A stretch of 63,947 bases of DNA, the filler included, from Octopus bimaculoides (Eukaryota), in NCBI RefSeq assembly GCF_001194135.2. It is 7 parts of 5 records of this genome, joined end to end, with 100 filler letters (N's around TTAATTAATTAA, not from the genome) between each part and the next. Parts side by side here need not be neighbours in the genome. Positions count along the whole stretch, not along the records: positions 28,828 to 44,625 come from NC_068984.1; positions 44,726 to 50,051 come from NC_068987.1; positions 50,152 to 56,001 come from NC_068983.1; 4 more parts are not named here. The stretch is one strand, 5' to 3'. Position 1 is the first letter of the stretch; each line of letters begins with the position of its first letter. The notes beneath the pieces are model-generated. The model was not told the DNA's origin. It searched no databases and was given only the letters and a program-made list of their open reading frames with translations. Below are positions 36,641-50,199 of this stretch, one piece after another. The translations under genes and the position numbers were made by a program.

Positions 36641-37841
36641 GAGAAACATACATATGTATTTATATATGTGCATATACATGTATACACATACATACGCGCA
36701 CAAAAAGACGCCTATGCCTAAACAAACGCGCCTACAAACATGTGTGACTGCATACACATACATACATACATACATACACACGCACATACATACATACATA
36801 CATACATACATGCATACATACATACATACATACACGCAAAGAGAAAAACCTATTCTTTTACTCCTACAGAATCATGATGAGATGATGTTAAAAATATATC
36901 CGAGGCCCATATATTATAATAGATTTTGTAGTTTTATGATGTTCAAAAGTATTGAACTGGAGGGATATAGAGCTATCTGTAACTGTATACATGTGTGTGT
37001 GTGTATGCGCTTGTTCGTATGTATACGTGCGTGTGTGTTTCTGCGTGCGTGCGTGCGTGCGTGTGTGCGTGTCTGTGTATATATACATACGTACGTACAT
37101 ATATAATTACGTGTGTACATATGACGTACATATGCATATAAAGTTTGAAGTCGATGGTGTATAGAGCAATTAGAGAAATTCTACTAATTACTTTACAGGT
37201 ACGCTATAAATTGCATAGTTGTTATACCTAGATGCAGTTCTGTCTTATCTATTGTCATGCATCCATCTTGGCACAATTATTTAGTGGGCCCCCATCATTT
37301 TTATTTCTAGATGTAATTTTTCTGTAGGATGACATTGCCTTACATAATGCTGTAGTCGCTAAAAAGATCCCTGGAAAAGATCAAATTAGTTAAAATAATC
37401 TCACCGTCCTACAGAATATATTATGTGGCCTTGTACCAGGCCAAATTCCTTTTAAGCGAATGAACAATGGAAAAACTGAGAAAAGGTATTTAGACATCAC
37501 TTTAATCCTTAGATTAATCCCTATCCCGGATGTCGATAAAATATTTTCCAGACAAATACCGTAATAAATTTAACCGACTGCTCCCACTTCAATAACTGTG
37601 TGGCTTTGTGCTAATGTTAATGTCGGACAAAATACTTGTGGTATTTGTGTATGACTTTTTATGAATTGAGTTCAAATCCTAGTGAAGTTAACTTTGGCTT
37701 TCAACCTTAGAAAGTGGATAAAATAAAGCACCAATGAAATACAAATACTGATTTGATCGACTCGCCATTTCTTCAAAATGTCTGGCCTCTTTCCTACGTA
37801 ATAAACTCTTATTTAAAACATTATTGATATTACTTATTGAA

Positions 37842-38515
37842 GGCGGCGAACTGGTAATATTGTTAGCCCGCCGGGCAAAATGTTTAGCGTTATTTCGTCT
37901 GTCTTTACGTTCTGAATTCAAATTCAGCCTAGGTCGACCATGCTTTTCATCATTTCGGGATCTATAAAATAAGTACCAGTTGAGCACTAGGGTCGATCTA
38001 ATCGATTTAGCTCCTTCCCCGAAATTTCTGGCCTTTTACCAAAATTTGAAACGAATATTCATACTAAAATAAAGACGGCGAGTTGGCAGATTTGTTAGTA
38101 CGTCGGGCAAAATGCTTTGCGGCATTCCGTCTGTTTTTACGTTCTGAGTTCAAACCCACCGAGGTAGACTTAGCCTTTCATCTTTTCGGAGTCGGTAAAA
38201 TAAATACCAGTTGAGCACTAAGTTCGATGAAATTGACTTACACTCCTTCTTCGAAATTGTTAGCTTTATACCAAAATTTAAAACCAATATTATTAGTTTA
38301 AGCGTAGGGGATGGCAGAATCGTTAAAGTGTAGGAGAATACGCCATGCGAAATTTATCCCGGTTCCTTACATTTTGAATCTAAATCTCTGCAAAATCAAC
38401 ATTACCTTTTATCTCTCGGACATCAATAAAATAAAGCATCAGCGAAATGCTGGAATCGATTTAAAACCCTCCTCACAAATTTGTGGTTTTGTGCTTATGT
38501 TAGAAAACGTTGGAA
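37842..38515 (+). mobile_element. Three head-to-tail SINE family C copies (~37842-38055, 38075-38292, 38305-38515)
   Basis: Each begins ggcg(g/a)...ggcaga...gttag and contains the gttcaaa and gtaccagttgagcact segments. The third is degenerate. Confidence 0.85.
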
Positions 38516-38892
38516 GTTAAATTAAACTACAGATTTTTCTTCGATGCATTATCAAGCAATGAGAATGAAATGCCTAGAATGTGACAGCGTTTTCTAAAGA
38601 TCTGAGATGATCACTCCCCTATCTCAACACATTACCTATTCCTAACATTAATTAAACGCGACTTTGATGCTTCCAATAATATTTTTTATATTTACTTTCA
38701 TTTTGTGTTGTCACCCTCTACCGATACAAGTATAGTTTCAAATGATTAAAGTTATTGTGCTCGCAACATTAATTTACTTTATTTCTTCCTTGATGTCTCT
38801 ACTATTCTTTGAGAGACAGTAGTGGATTCACCGACATTTCTACTGTTTTTATGTGATTGATACACACACACACATATATATATGTACATATA

Positions 38893-38950
<58 letters not shown>

Positions 38951-39531
38951 GCAAACACTATACATTAGAGGGATCCGTCTGAAATTCGACGTTTTATAAA
39001 TATTCATATTTCTAGTTTGATGCATAAATTTATAGATCTTCCTAACATTGCTTCGTTATTTTAGACACTTCAATCATGTCTTTTATTTCGCCATATAGCC
39101 ACGCTAGCGTTAACTGTAACACTCAGACCATTTTCAGTATGTTAAAAATCTCGATGGTGTCTGTGGTTTTGTTCCATAGTTAAGCTTAGTAAAACGTCAC
39201 ACTCGAATACATCACGGCAACCAGAATAATATCATAGATTACTGTTTAATCGCGGGCTTGTTTTATCGAGACAACCCTGGTTAGAGCCAATTAGTTGTCT
39301 GAATGCAAGTACTGACGACGTTAGCATTTTATTTAATTTTTCCGGGGTCGATAACATACGATGTAATCGAGTGTAAAGATCGATATAAAAACTGTGGGCT
39401 GATATTTGCCATTTACATGTGGAGACGGACAAACCGGCTGTTCATTAGCTCTACTCCAAGCATTGCATAATTACGAAGGCTTATTGACAACTTATAAGAA
39501 AGGCGTGCAACTTAAGAAGACGTTGATAATC

Positions 39532-39900
39532 TTGTTGTTGGCACTCCGTCGCTTACGACGTCGAGGGTTCCAGTTGATCCGATCAAGGGAACAGCCTGCT
39601 CGTGAAATTAACGTGCAAGTGGCTGAGCACTCCACAGACATGTGTACCCTTAACGTAGTTCTCGGGGATATTCAGCGTGACACAGTGTGACAAGGCTGAC
39701 CCTTTGAATTACAGGCACAACAGAAACAGGAAGTAAGAGTGAGAGAAAGTTGTGGTGAAAGAGTACAGCAGGGTTCGCCACCATCCCCTGCCGGAGCCTC
39801 GTGGAGCTTTAGGTGTTTTCGCTCAATTAACACTCACAACACCCGGTCTGGGAATCGAAACCGCGATCCTAACCCTAACCACTGGGCCATTGCGCCTCCA
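39532..39900 (-). mobile_element. SINE family D (tRNA-headed)
   Basis: Reverse complement of 56957-57307, with a small deletion in the head. Confidence 0.9.
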
Positions 39901-40350
39901 CTACGTTGATAATATGGTGTAAAGAAAAATGACAAAAAAAAACACAATGCAAAAAACATTGTTATATGAAATGTTAAATTTATTCAATTGTTCTTAATAA
40001 TCGAGGGTTGCAAAGTCAACAGGATACCAGTCAAGAAGAGAAGACTATTGTTAGTGCATTAATCGAAACCCCCAATATATTCTGATGTATATGACAGCTG
40101 TTTAACTTTAAAAAAATTCTCCTTACCCTAAACAGAAGGTCGTCTAATACTGCAGTAAACACTAAGTTATTTGCAGGACTGATAAGTGATAATGGATAGG
40201 CTAACACTTACCTTGATAACAGGGAACACTTCCTTTTACGACCACGTAGAGCTACTATATATAAGAATCACGTAGTACGGAAAAGGACCTTTACTAGAAA
40301 TGTCAGTCAAATCTCTTTCAGATCACAGCTCACCCTTTAAAACAAAAAAA

Positions 40351-40413
40351 CAGGCGGTGCTCCAGCATGGCTGCAGTCAAATGACTGAAACAAATAAAAG
40401 AATAAAAGAATAA
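40351..40413 (+). mobile_element. SINE family A tail
   Basis: aggcggtgctccagcatggctgcagtcaaatgactgaaacaaataaaagaataaaag. Confidence 0.85.
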
Positions 40414-43400
40414 AGAATACATTATCGAAACAGGACCCCGAAGTCCACGGCAATTCTGAATAAGGACCAGGTTGTAGAAGAACGTACCTTTCCAAGAAAT
40501 AGCAGCTAAATCGCTTTCCTATCACAACTGGCCACTTTTATGGCCACGGCTGGAACGCTTTTGAAAACTAAGGAGGTCATCTTTATGTAGTGTAGTGTAC
40601 CTGTGTACATATGACAACTTTTTAAAGCTCATATTTAACCTATAAATTTCCACAAGAGGATGAGAGTTCAAAATTGATACCTAGAGAATCGAGAGAAGCT
40701 GAAAAAGAGACGAAAGTGGCTTTTAAATTTCTGTCGCCGCTGAATGCTGAAAATCTGTTCTTGCTGGTGATTTTGATTCTCTGGTCAATTGTCATCGAGC
40801 AAGCTGAGGTTCAACGCCGTTCCAGTCGTGATCTTGTTTCCCTTTTATCAAAATACAGTATTGAACTCAGAACAAGTTAAGATAGATTGGACATAAAATA
40901 AATTTGAGCTATACGTTACTTTCTTCAAAACCTGCTGCTCGGTACGATTATTTTATGCGCTTCTAATTCTGAAAAGCTGATCGCCAACCCTTCCATTCCT
41001 TGGCACATGTTAAAAATTTAAAAGAAAAATATTCTAGTGAACATCACAAATCACAAGAAAAGAGGGGAAATCAATAGATAGAGAGATAGATAAATAAAGA
41101 AGTAGATACATATACATGCATATATATATNNNNNNNNNNNNNNNNNNNNNNNNNNNNNNNNNNNNNNNNNNNNNNNNNNNNNNNNNNNNNNNNNNNNNNN
41201 NNNNNNNNNNNNNNNNNNNNNNNNNNNNNNNNNNNNNNNNNNNNNNNNNNNNNNNNNNNNNNNNNNNNNNNNNNNNNNNNNNNNNNNNNNNNNNNNNNNN
41301 NNNNNNNNNNNNNNNNNNNNNNNNNNNNNNNNNNNNNNNNNNNNNNNNNNNNNNNNNNNNNNNNNNNNNNNNNNNNNNNNNNNNNNNNNNNNNNNNNNNN
41401 NNNNNNNNNNNNNNNNNNNNNNNNNNNNNNNNNNNNNNNNNNNNNNNNNNNNNNNNNNNNNNNNNNNNNNNNNNNNNNNNNNNNNNNNNNNNNNNNNNNN
41501 NNNNNNNNNNNNNNNNNNNNNNNNNNNNNNNNNNNNNNNNNNNNNNNNNNNNNNNNNNNNNNNNNNNNNNNNNNNNNNNNNNNNNNNNNNNNNNNNNNNN
41601 NNNNNNNNNNNNNNNNNNNNNNNNNNNNNNNNNNNNNNNNNNNNNNNNNNNNNNNNNNNNNNNNNNNNNNNNNNNNNNNNNNNNNNNNNNNNNNNNNNNN
41701 NNNNNNNNNNNNNNNNNNNNNNNNNNNNNNNNNNNNNNNNNNNNNNNNNNNNNNNNNNNNNNNNNNNNNNNNNNNNNNNNNNNNNNNNNNNNNNNNNNNN
41801 NNNNNNNNNNNNNNNNNNNNNNNNNNNNNNNNNNNNNNNNNNNNNNNNNNNNNNNNNNNNNNNNNNNNNNNNNNNNNNNNNNNNNNNNNNNNNNNNNNNN
41901 NNNNNNNNNNNNNNNNGAAAAGAATGTCTTAGGCCAGACACCAAACTTAGATTTCAAAGAAAAACAAGATATTATATCATTGAAAGCAGAACAAAAGCCA
42001 AAAAAGAAAATCAATCATGAAAAGACCCCAAAATATATAATAAAAAAAAAGAGAAATACTGTTTATTCAATGCACACCACAGTGTGTGTGTGTGTGTATG
42101 TGTATACATACATACATACATACATACATACATACACACATACACACAAAAATACACATACGTACGCAGACACACACACCCGCGAAATTATTTTGCTTCT
42201 TAACGTTAATATGCTTCGATCAAATAGTTTTCTTTCTCGATTGCTTTGACAATTTCATGTAAAGAGTAATTCTGTCGCAACAAACCAGCTTGAATTAGCT
42301 ACAGCAAAACAAAACGACCACAGCTTCACATACACTCACGCACATATACACACACGCACACGCAGACACAATCACACCCACATTCATATATATATATATA
42401 CATGTGTGTGTGTTTGTATACATGTATATACACATATGCATAAATATGTGTGTGTGAGCGCATGACTGCTATCTAAGTTTATATAACAAAACTAATAGAA
42501 AGGAGAACTTTAACGGTTCTTATGCTTTCATACCCCCTTAAGCTTTAAGCCATATGCAAACAACGCTGAAATGTTTTAAGACTTTATTTCATTATATAAA
42601 GAAAACGGATGCGTAAATAGCCGAGTTGATACGGAATCGAACATCCAGCATTGCGTTCTTGTCACCGGTTCTGCATTTTGCCTGTGGGTCATTTAACTCT
42701 CAATAATGTATAAATCTTGTTGAAAATAAATACGCCAACGTAGTTGCCTCTCTCTCTTGAAGCAGTGACATATCTATTAAATCTATGACTAGTTTGTTGG
42801 TTTGCAGTGGCCATTATGTCCTACAGGTGTAGATTGGAGAATGACAACATCCGCCAGTTTCCTTGTTCTACTTACATCGCATGAAAATGTAATTTTAAGG
42901 GTTGTTCTACTGCTTAATTTGTAAGAGTACCCACTAAGCATTAGCTATGCAAAAGATATAATACGTTCATTCAACATCTACACACCTTACTAGAGTTAAA
43001 AGGACGAAATACTTAAGTTATAGAGAATCTAACTGTAACGTTTAAGTATTTTTCTACGGTATTAAAGTTATAAGGAAAATGAAATACTTTCAACCATGAA
43101 TAGAAATTTGGTCCCAGATATCGTTCATTAGAATTACACACGCATGATAGTGTGACTGGGTAATTAATATTTAATTTCTTCGTGTTATGTTTTGAATTTG
43201 AATTCTGCTACGATGTACTTTGCTTTCGTCATTTAGGGAAGATAAATGTTAGAAATTTTAGCAAGATGTTTCAATCAGTAATTCTGCATAATGCAGTGAA
43301 TCAGTTATTGATTTCAGTACAGCTGTCCTTGTTGTTGGTAAGTCGATCTTGACTTACCAAACCATAATCAAAGATCTTTAGCCAGGACTGTTTTTGCATG

Positions 43401-44964
43401 TTAATACGAATGTAAATATCACGTCTATTTACAGAATAAGTTCATGGGGGTGAAAAAGAAAGAATAGTTGTATCTGTTCACGTTTCAAGTCTCTTAACAC
43501 ATTGGTAATTCAATATTCAAACTAGCTGCCAAGAAAACGTTTACTATGCAAATTGATCTATCCAATTTAAATTATCTGCTAATATTAGTACGTTTATATG
43601 TACTGTGTTAGTGGATAGTTAAGGAAGGTGGACTGCTGCTGACAGAACTCCAAAGTTGAATCAAGGAGCCTGTACATCTCTTCCTTCTTTTTGTCTCCAC
43701 AAACGTGATGTTTACATACGTTTAAGATATAGTGTTTGCTAAAAATATATAGATAGGTTTTATAGTACATTATAGCAATTAATAATATGCTACAAAATAT
43801 CTAAAATTTATTGCATTCCTAACAATGATAAACGACAAGCATATAAACTTCCAAACAAGCTACTTTTACTGACAAGTGTAACTTAAAAAACTTAGTGCAA
43901 ATATGAAAGTTGTAAATTTCACGACTCTGACTGTTATATTTACCGTACAAATAGAAGTCACCCATTTACTGACCACGAGCTTACAAGAAATAATTGCCAT
44001 GCACTATATCAAGAATCATAAAAACTAAATGCGGAAATTTTAGTAGAAAACGCATCTGTGTTATATAATAATGGACGATCAGTGATACAAGGAAACCATA
44101 AAGCACAGCGTAACGAAACCAGAAACACATTGATTATAAACAAAAATACATTGATTACAAACATACATTGATTACAAACAAAAATAAGCATATAGCCAAT
44201 GAGGTATAAATGGAACTTTCAATAATTGAAACAGCAGTATTGTCTATATCAGTAATTATAGTTTTGCCTACTATATAAAGACGCAGTAGCACACGACACG
44301 AATAATAAGTACTTCATCCAGAACATCAAATTGTAAAGATCTAGAAACGCTAATGATAGATTTGGGATTTTTACTGTTACAAATTAACTGCAATAAACTC
44401 GAATGAAAGTATGAAAACAGGTTCAATAAAAATGATAAAGCTAGAATCCAGTTTTGTTTTAATGCATGACTATAAGAACAGAAAATGTATTCAATCCGCA
44501 CACATATAAATTATAAATATCTATGCATGTATGCATGCGTGTATGCATACATGCATGCATGTATGTATGTATGTATGGATGGATGGATGGATGGATGGAT
44601 GGATGGATGGATGGATGGATGGATGNNNNNNNNNNNNNNNNNNNNNNNNNNNNNNNNNNNNNNNNNNNNTTAATTAATTAANNNNNNNNNNNNNNNNNNN
44701 NNNNNNNNNNNNNNNNNNNNNNNNNTACATACCTCTATATGTATACATACATACCTACATCTATATGTATACATACATGCATATATGGGTACAGGACATC
44801 AAAAAACGTTAAACACAATGAGAAACGAAAGCATAGAAAACGAACAATTTTTCGAACAACGAAAAAAACAAACAGAGAAACGAGACATGCAACATAAAGA
44901 GTATACCCCTTCGTCAGTTGTCCCTGTTTCATCTACTCAAAGTCTTGGAGACCAAAAAGCTCTT

Positions 44965-45018
44965 TAAGGTCGTGCTCCAGCATGGCTGCAGTTAAATGTG
45001 CGAAAAAAGTAAAAGAAT
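44965..45018 (+). mobile_element. SINE family A tail
   Basis: aaggtcgtgctccagcatggctgcagttaaatg...aagtaaaagaa. Confidence 0.75.
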
Positions 45019-45079
<61 letters not shown>

Positions 45080-45479
45080 CGAGTAACAATCTTGGTGGGG
45101 TACTACTAAATTAGGCTAAAATTTAATTTTCTTTTGCGTCTTAAAAATTTTCTCAAGCGGAACTAATTTATAACCAAATTAATTGCGACTGTGGTAACTG
45201 GAGAATGAAAAATATTTAGTTACCGATAATTTTAATGATAATTTATGAAATGTGATATAGTTAACACAATCGTTTTATTGCCGTATGGGTTAGAATTATT
45301 GAAAAGTGACTTTACGTTAAAAAAAATAGCAACTTCAAACCTACAGCAAAGTTGAAGTGTGTTTCGAGCCTACGAAATCATTTCGCCACAGACTATCCCA
45401 GTTTTCGTGACGTTTAAGAAACTGAAAGTACAAGCCTCTTTCCGCACTCCTAAATGAGGTGGCAGCTTGTAGCAGGATT

Positions 45480-45658
45480 AACCATGCTACAACCATCGGC
45501 TGTCGCTGGTGCTCAGTTTTTTGCCTAAATGAAGAGGAGCAACGTAAAATGAAGCATTTTGATCAAGAACAAAATGAGCCGTCCGACCGGTCTTGGAATT
45601 GAACCCACTACCTGAAGTTTGTGAGTTTAACGCACTTAACCATTAGACTATGTGCCTA
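45480..45658 (-). mobile_element. tRNA-headed SINE, degenerate
   Basis: Minus strand reads aggcacatagtctaatggttaag...gggttcaattccaagacc (A and B boxes) followed by a body. Confidence 0.6.
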
Positions 45659-45804
45659 CATTTACAGAAAAGGAAATTAATCAAAGTGCAAGGGATATTT
45701 GAGGACATATCTGTTAATTAAGTAAGACAATTTTGATCTAGCAAAAACCTAATGTATTTCAATAAAAATATGTATATATGATCTCAATAAAAGTTCTGAT
45801 AAGA

Positions 45805-46822
45805 GTATTCTCCGAATCCACCTTCAATATCGATGACTAATTCAATAGGAGACTAAATAGTTCTTGTTCATTTCAGACATCACCTAGACAGTATCAGCCG
45901 ACTTTGAAGCTATGGTATTGTGAGGATGTCGATTAGTTTCTCTTTCAGCAACACTTCAAACGTAGTAGTCTATGGCATTTAAATCTGGTGAGTTTTGGGA
46001 TGATCGTAAAGGTTGTCTGACATCCGCTTTTTGGCTTAAGTGGGCTTTGTAGAAAGGTACCGGATCTTGTTGAAACGTGTAGCCTTCTTCAGCGTACTTC
46101 ATCTAAACAAGACTTAATAACTGTCTCCAGCACCGCAACGTGTCCAGCAGTGTTTAATTCTAAAACTATGTGGAAAGCTGTGACCTCCTAAAATCATCAC
46201 AGTTGCCGGAAGCTTGGTGTGCATCACTCTGGGAACATCAGGATAATCTGCCATAACCATCTGTCGTTTCTCTCGATAGGCTTTTGGCCTTGGTCATCAG
46301 AGAAGAATCAAAACATGTCGTGTTCGTGACGGTTTAAAACATTGTTAAATAACCGCTTAGTACAAATCAAATGGTTTTGTTTTTACAAATATGAACTGGC
46401 TTTCCCTCACTACATACGATTTATATCGAAAGACCTCATGCACTACAATCCTAATAGTCGACTCCGACATTTACAATTCTCGAGTGATGGCCCTCATTGA
46501 TTTTCCAGGGTCTTCATCGAGGTTTTGAATCTGTTTAATGAATTGTGATGTCCTTATAGTTTCCGAACGGTTAGAACGTTTTTTGTTTGTTTGTTTGTGT
46601 TTTGGTTTTTTGGTTGTTCATTTTTTTTTTTTTTTTTCATTTTACTTCTTGATACAGTTTAAACATTCCCGCTAGAGGATTCCAAGTCCATCCAGACTTT
46701 ATGTACAAAAGAAATTGCAACGTTTAGAAAGTTGACAATTCCTAAATCGTTGTGTTCTACACTCCCACGGCAACAATAATTGCATGTCTTTTCTTTTCTT
46801 GTGTTAGCTTTCTATCTGTCAC
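45805..46822 (-). mobile_element. maT-like transposase pseudogene, near full length
   Basis: KLTQEKKRHAIIVAV / IVNFLNVAISFVHKV / DEDPGKSMRAITREL*MSESTIR / FFSD / HTKLPATVMILG / FQQD / NSPDLNAIDYYV*SV / EGGF. Multiple frameshifts. Confidence 0.85.
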
Positions 46823-47564
46823 GGAGGATCTGAAAGAAATTAGTTTGAAGAGAGTAATATACTGATAATGTGTCCTAAAACACTCACCGAACCTTGTATT
46901 ACTGATAACGTAAAACAATAATTTTAATACAAATAAAAATGCTGATGGTAATGAACTGTTGTACTGTAGTTGTAGTGATGAGGCGATACAATTTACGATA
47001 TTTTGCAAGGTCAGATAATTCAAATGAAAATCAATGAAATATCCTACAGTGTATGCAGTGTATAATATCTCTTTTGCATTTTTATCTATTTAAATATTTA
47101 GAGGATTAGTACTAAGTTGATCTATTTTGTTAGTTAAATGGGTTGGATAAAGTTATTTACTAAAGATATTTGGGTGAATGATTATTTCAGAGTAAGTAAA
47201 TAACGGATAAGCGATTGATTGGTAGAGTCATTAAAGCATCGGATAGATTACTCTGCAAGTAATCCAGCCACTTCTCTACGCACTGAGTTCAATTTTTCGA
47301 TTTTTCTTTTATTCTGTCGCTCTTCTGAAAGAAATCTGCTGTTGTCAGACTCATGGAATGATGAGTCCTGCCAGGTCTAAGTAGTGCCGAAGACATCATA
47401 TCTGAATACGGTGCCCCAGCGACACTACATTTTTTAAATATAGTTTATTATTTTTCTGGTATATGGGACATATAAATTTTACAGCAATGCAAAGATTTGT
47501 ATCTGAATAAATATCCCCAATAGTAAAGAAAACAAATATTTTATGAATATTATAAACTGTACGG

Positions 47565-47835
47565 GCTGTGTGCTGTGTTTTTGAGCCAGACACTTTATTT
47601 CACGTCGCTCCAGTTTACTCACCTTTTGAAATGAATTGCGATGTCACTGGTGCCAAGTTGTATCGACCTTTGCCTTTCCTTTGGATAACATCGGTGGCGT
47701 GGAGAGTGGAGGATGTTATGCATGGGCGACTGTTGGTCTTCCATAAACAGCCTTGCCCGGACTTGTGCCTCGGAGGATAATTTTCTAGATGCAATCCCAT
47801 AGTCATTCAGGACCGAAGGGGGTCCTTTTCCCTTC
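47565..47835 (+). mobile_element. SINE-like repeat (family F)
   Basis: GC-rich block gagccagacactttatttcacgtcgctccag...catgggcgactgttggtcttccataaacagccttgcccgg...gaccgaagggggtcc. Recognised by pattern only. Confidence 0.5.
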
Positions 47836-48304
47836 CCCAATTCACTTCTTTAAAAGTAAGTAAAATCATAAATTTTTAATAAACAGCTATAAACTTTTGC
47901 ATAGATATCAAACAAAATAGCTAACATAATGATTCAAAAATATTATTCTACCTTAGTTTTCCTCCATGACCTAGCAAACCGTTGATGAATTTATTCCGAA
48001 ATATTAAATATTAAAGGACCAACGTTTTCATAGATTGAAATACATCTTTAACAATCAAAATGACATGTGCATTCATACACTTCCCAACCTATTTCTTTCA
48101 CTCGCACTCATATACACTTTACATTACAATTTTATATCCTACATTTCTCTGTAGCTTATTATCTTTCTTCTCTCTCTCTGTTATCTGCCTGTGATAACCT
48201 CAATCTAATATTCATTCATTAATCTTTCTTTTCAGCATATACTTCGTGTTAATCTGACAATTAATCCACCACACCTACACATATTTTTATATTTATAAGT
48301 GACT

Positions 48305-48400
48305 ATTGCGCTGAGGTCGACTTTGCCCTTTATCGTTCTAAGGTCAATAGAATAAGTAGCAGTCGAATATTGGGGTCGATGCAATCGACTGAACACTCCC
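48305..48400 (+). mobile_element. SINE family C fragment
   Basis: gctgaggtcgactttgccctttatc...ggggtcgatgcaatcgact. Confidence 0.75.
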
Positions 48401-48500
48401 GAAGAGACTAAATACAGTATTTTATTGCAGTCTGAAATGCAAGTTGATGAAACTATGATGTCATTATATACATATGTGGGTATGTATTTATATACACTTA

Positions 48501-48586
48501 CGAAAGGTGTATGAAAAGTCTTGAGCCTACAAAAACAAAACATGGTACAAGACTTCAAGGCTCAAAACTTTTCATACATCCCCTCG
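48501..48586. mobile_element. 86-bp mariner-type miniature element
   Basis: TA|cgaaaggtgtatgaaaagtcttgagcct ... aggctcaaaacttttcatacatcccctcg|TA, giving ~28-bp TIRs and TA flanks. Confidence 0.85.
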
Positions 48587-49560
48587 TATGTATATATACA
48601 CACATACATACATACATGCATATATATATATATATATATATATANNNNNNNNNNNNNNNNNNNNNNNNNNNNNNNNNNNNNNNNNNNNNNNNNNNNNNNN
48701 NNNNNNNNNNNNNNNNNNNNNNNNNNNNNNNNNNNNNNNNNNNNNNNNNNNNNNNNNNNNNNNNNNNNNNNNNNNNNNNNNNNNNNNNNNNNNNNNNNNN
48801 NNNNNNNNNNNNNNNNNNNNNNNNNNNNNNNNNNNNNNNNNNNNNNNNNNNNNNNNNNNNNNNNNNNNNNNNNNNNNNNNNNNNNNNNNNNNNNNNNNNN
48901 NNNNNNNNNNNNNNNNNNNNNNNNNNNNNNNNNNNNNNNNNNNNNNNNNNNNNNNNNNNNNNNNNNNNNNNNNNNNNNNNNNNNNNNNNNNNNNNNNNNN
49001 NNNNNNNNNNNNNNNNNNNNNNNNNNNNNNNNNNNNNNNNNNNNNNNNNNNNNNNNNNNNNNNNNNNNNNNNNNNNNNNNNNNNNNNNNNNNNNNNNNNN
49101 NNNNNNNNNNNNNNNNNNNNNNNNNNNNNNNNNNNNNNNNNNNNNNNNNNNNNNNNNNNNNNNNNNNNNNNNNNNNNNNNNNNNNNNNNNNNNNNNNNNN
49201 NNNNNNNNNNNNNNNNNNNNNNNNNNNNNNNNNNNNNNNNNNNNNNNNNNNNNNNNNNNNNNNNNNNNNNNNNNNNNNNNNNNNNNNNNNNNNNNNNNNN
49301 NNNNNNNNNNNNNNNNNNNNNNNNNNNNNNNNNNNNNNNNNNNNNNNNNNNNNNNNNNNNNNNNNNNNNNNNNNNNNNNNNNNNNNNNNNNNNNNNNNNN
49401 NNNNNNNNNNNNNNNNNNNNNNNNNNNNNNNNNNNNNNNNNNNNNNNNNNNNNNNNNNNNNNNNNNNNNNNNNNNNNNNNNNNNNCGATATATGTATATG
49501 TGCACACACACACACACACACATAATAAATACGTGCACATATAATAAAAAAAACAGCAAG

Positions 49561-49619
<59 letters not shown>

Positions 49620-50151
49620 ATATATAACACATGAATGAATAAATATATGAGTGCGTATGTCTATAAAAACACATGTGCATGTGTATGACTATGTATGTGC
49701 AGAGATGAGTGTTGCAAGCATATTTTTTATTTATGTATCAAGTTTTACTTGGAAGTTTTTTTGGATAAAAGCCCTGGTTTGCCCAGTCGCAAGAATCTCT
49801 CATTTCTTTCCAACAATAGAGACCAGAGGCAATCACAGCAATCTTAATATTTTATCAGTGAGGCTTCTGACTGCCAATAGAGCAACGTGCTTTACCCAAT
49901 CATTAATGGAAATTTATCATTCTCATCTTGCTCACACTCGATCTTTCTCACTCTCACTCTTACTCTCTCTTCTTCTCATTACATTTATATGCACACACAC
50001 AACTACACACACACACACACACATACATGCATATATATATATATATATATANNNNNNNNNNNNNNNNNNNNNNNNNNNNNNNNNNNNNNNNNNNNTTAAT
50101 TAATTAANNNNNNNNNNNNNNNNNNNNNNNNNNNNNNNNNNNNNNNNNNNN

Positions 50152-50188
<37 letters not shown>

Positions 50189-50199
50189 TATATATAAAC

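Noticed and set aside
38968-39215. Possible mariner MITE (gagggatcc...gacgtttta / taaaacgtc)
   Set aside because: Only a 9-bp inverted match is clear and the ends cannot be defined.
40674-40880. 68-aa ORF with a hydrophobic stretch
   Set aside because: It has no recognisable family and no splice or promoter support.
43335-43360. Perfect 10-bp stem hairpin ttggtaagtc/gacttaccaa
   Set aside because: It is too short to interpret and lies at the edge of a repeat-like segment.
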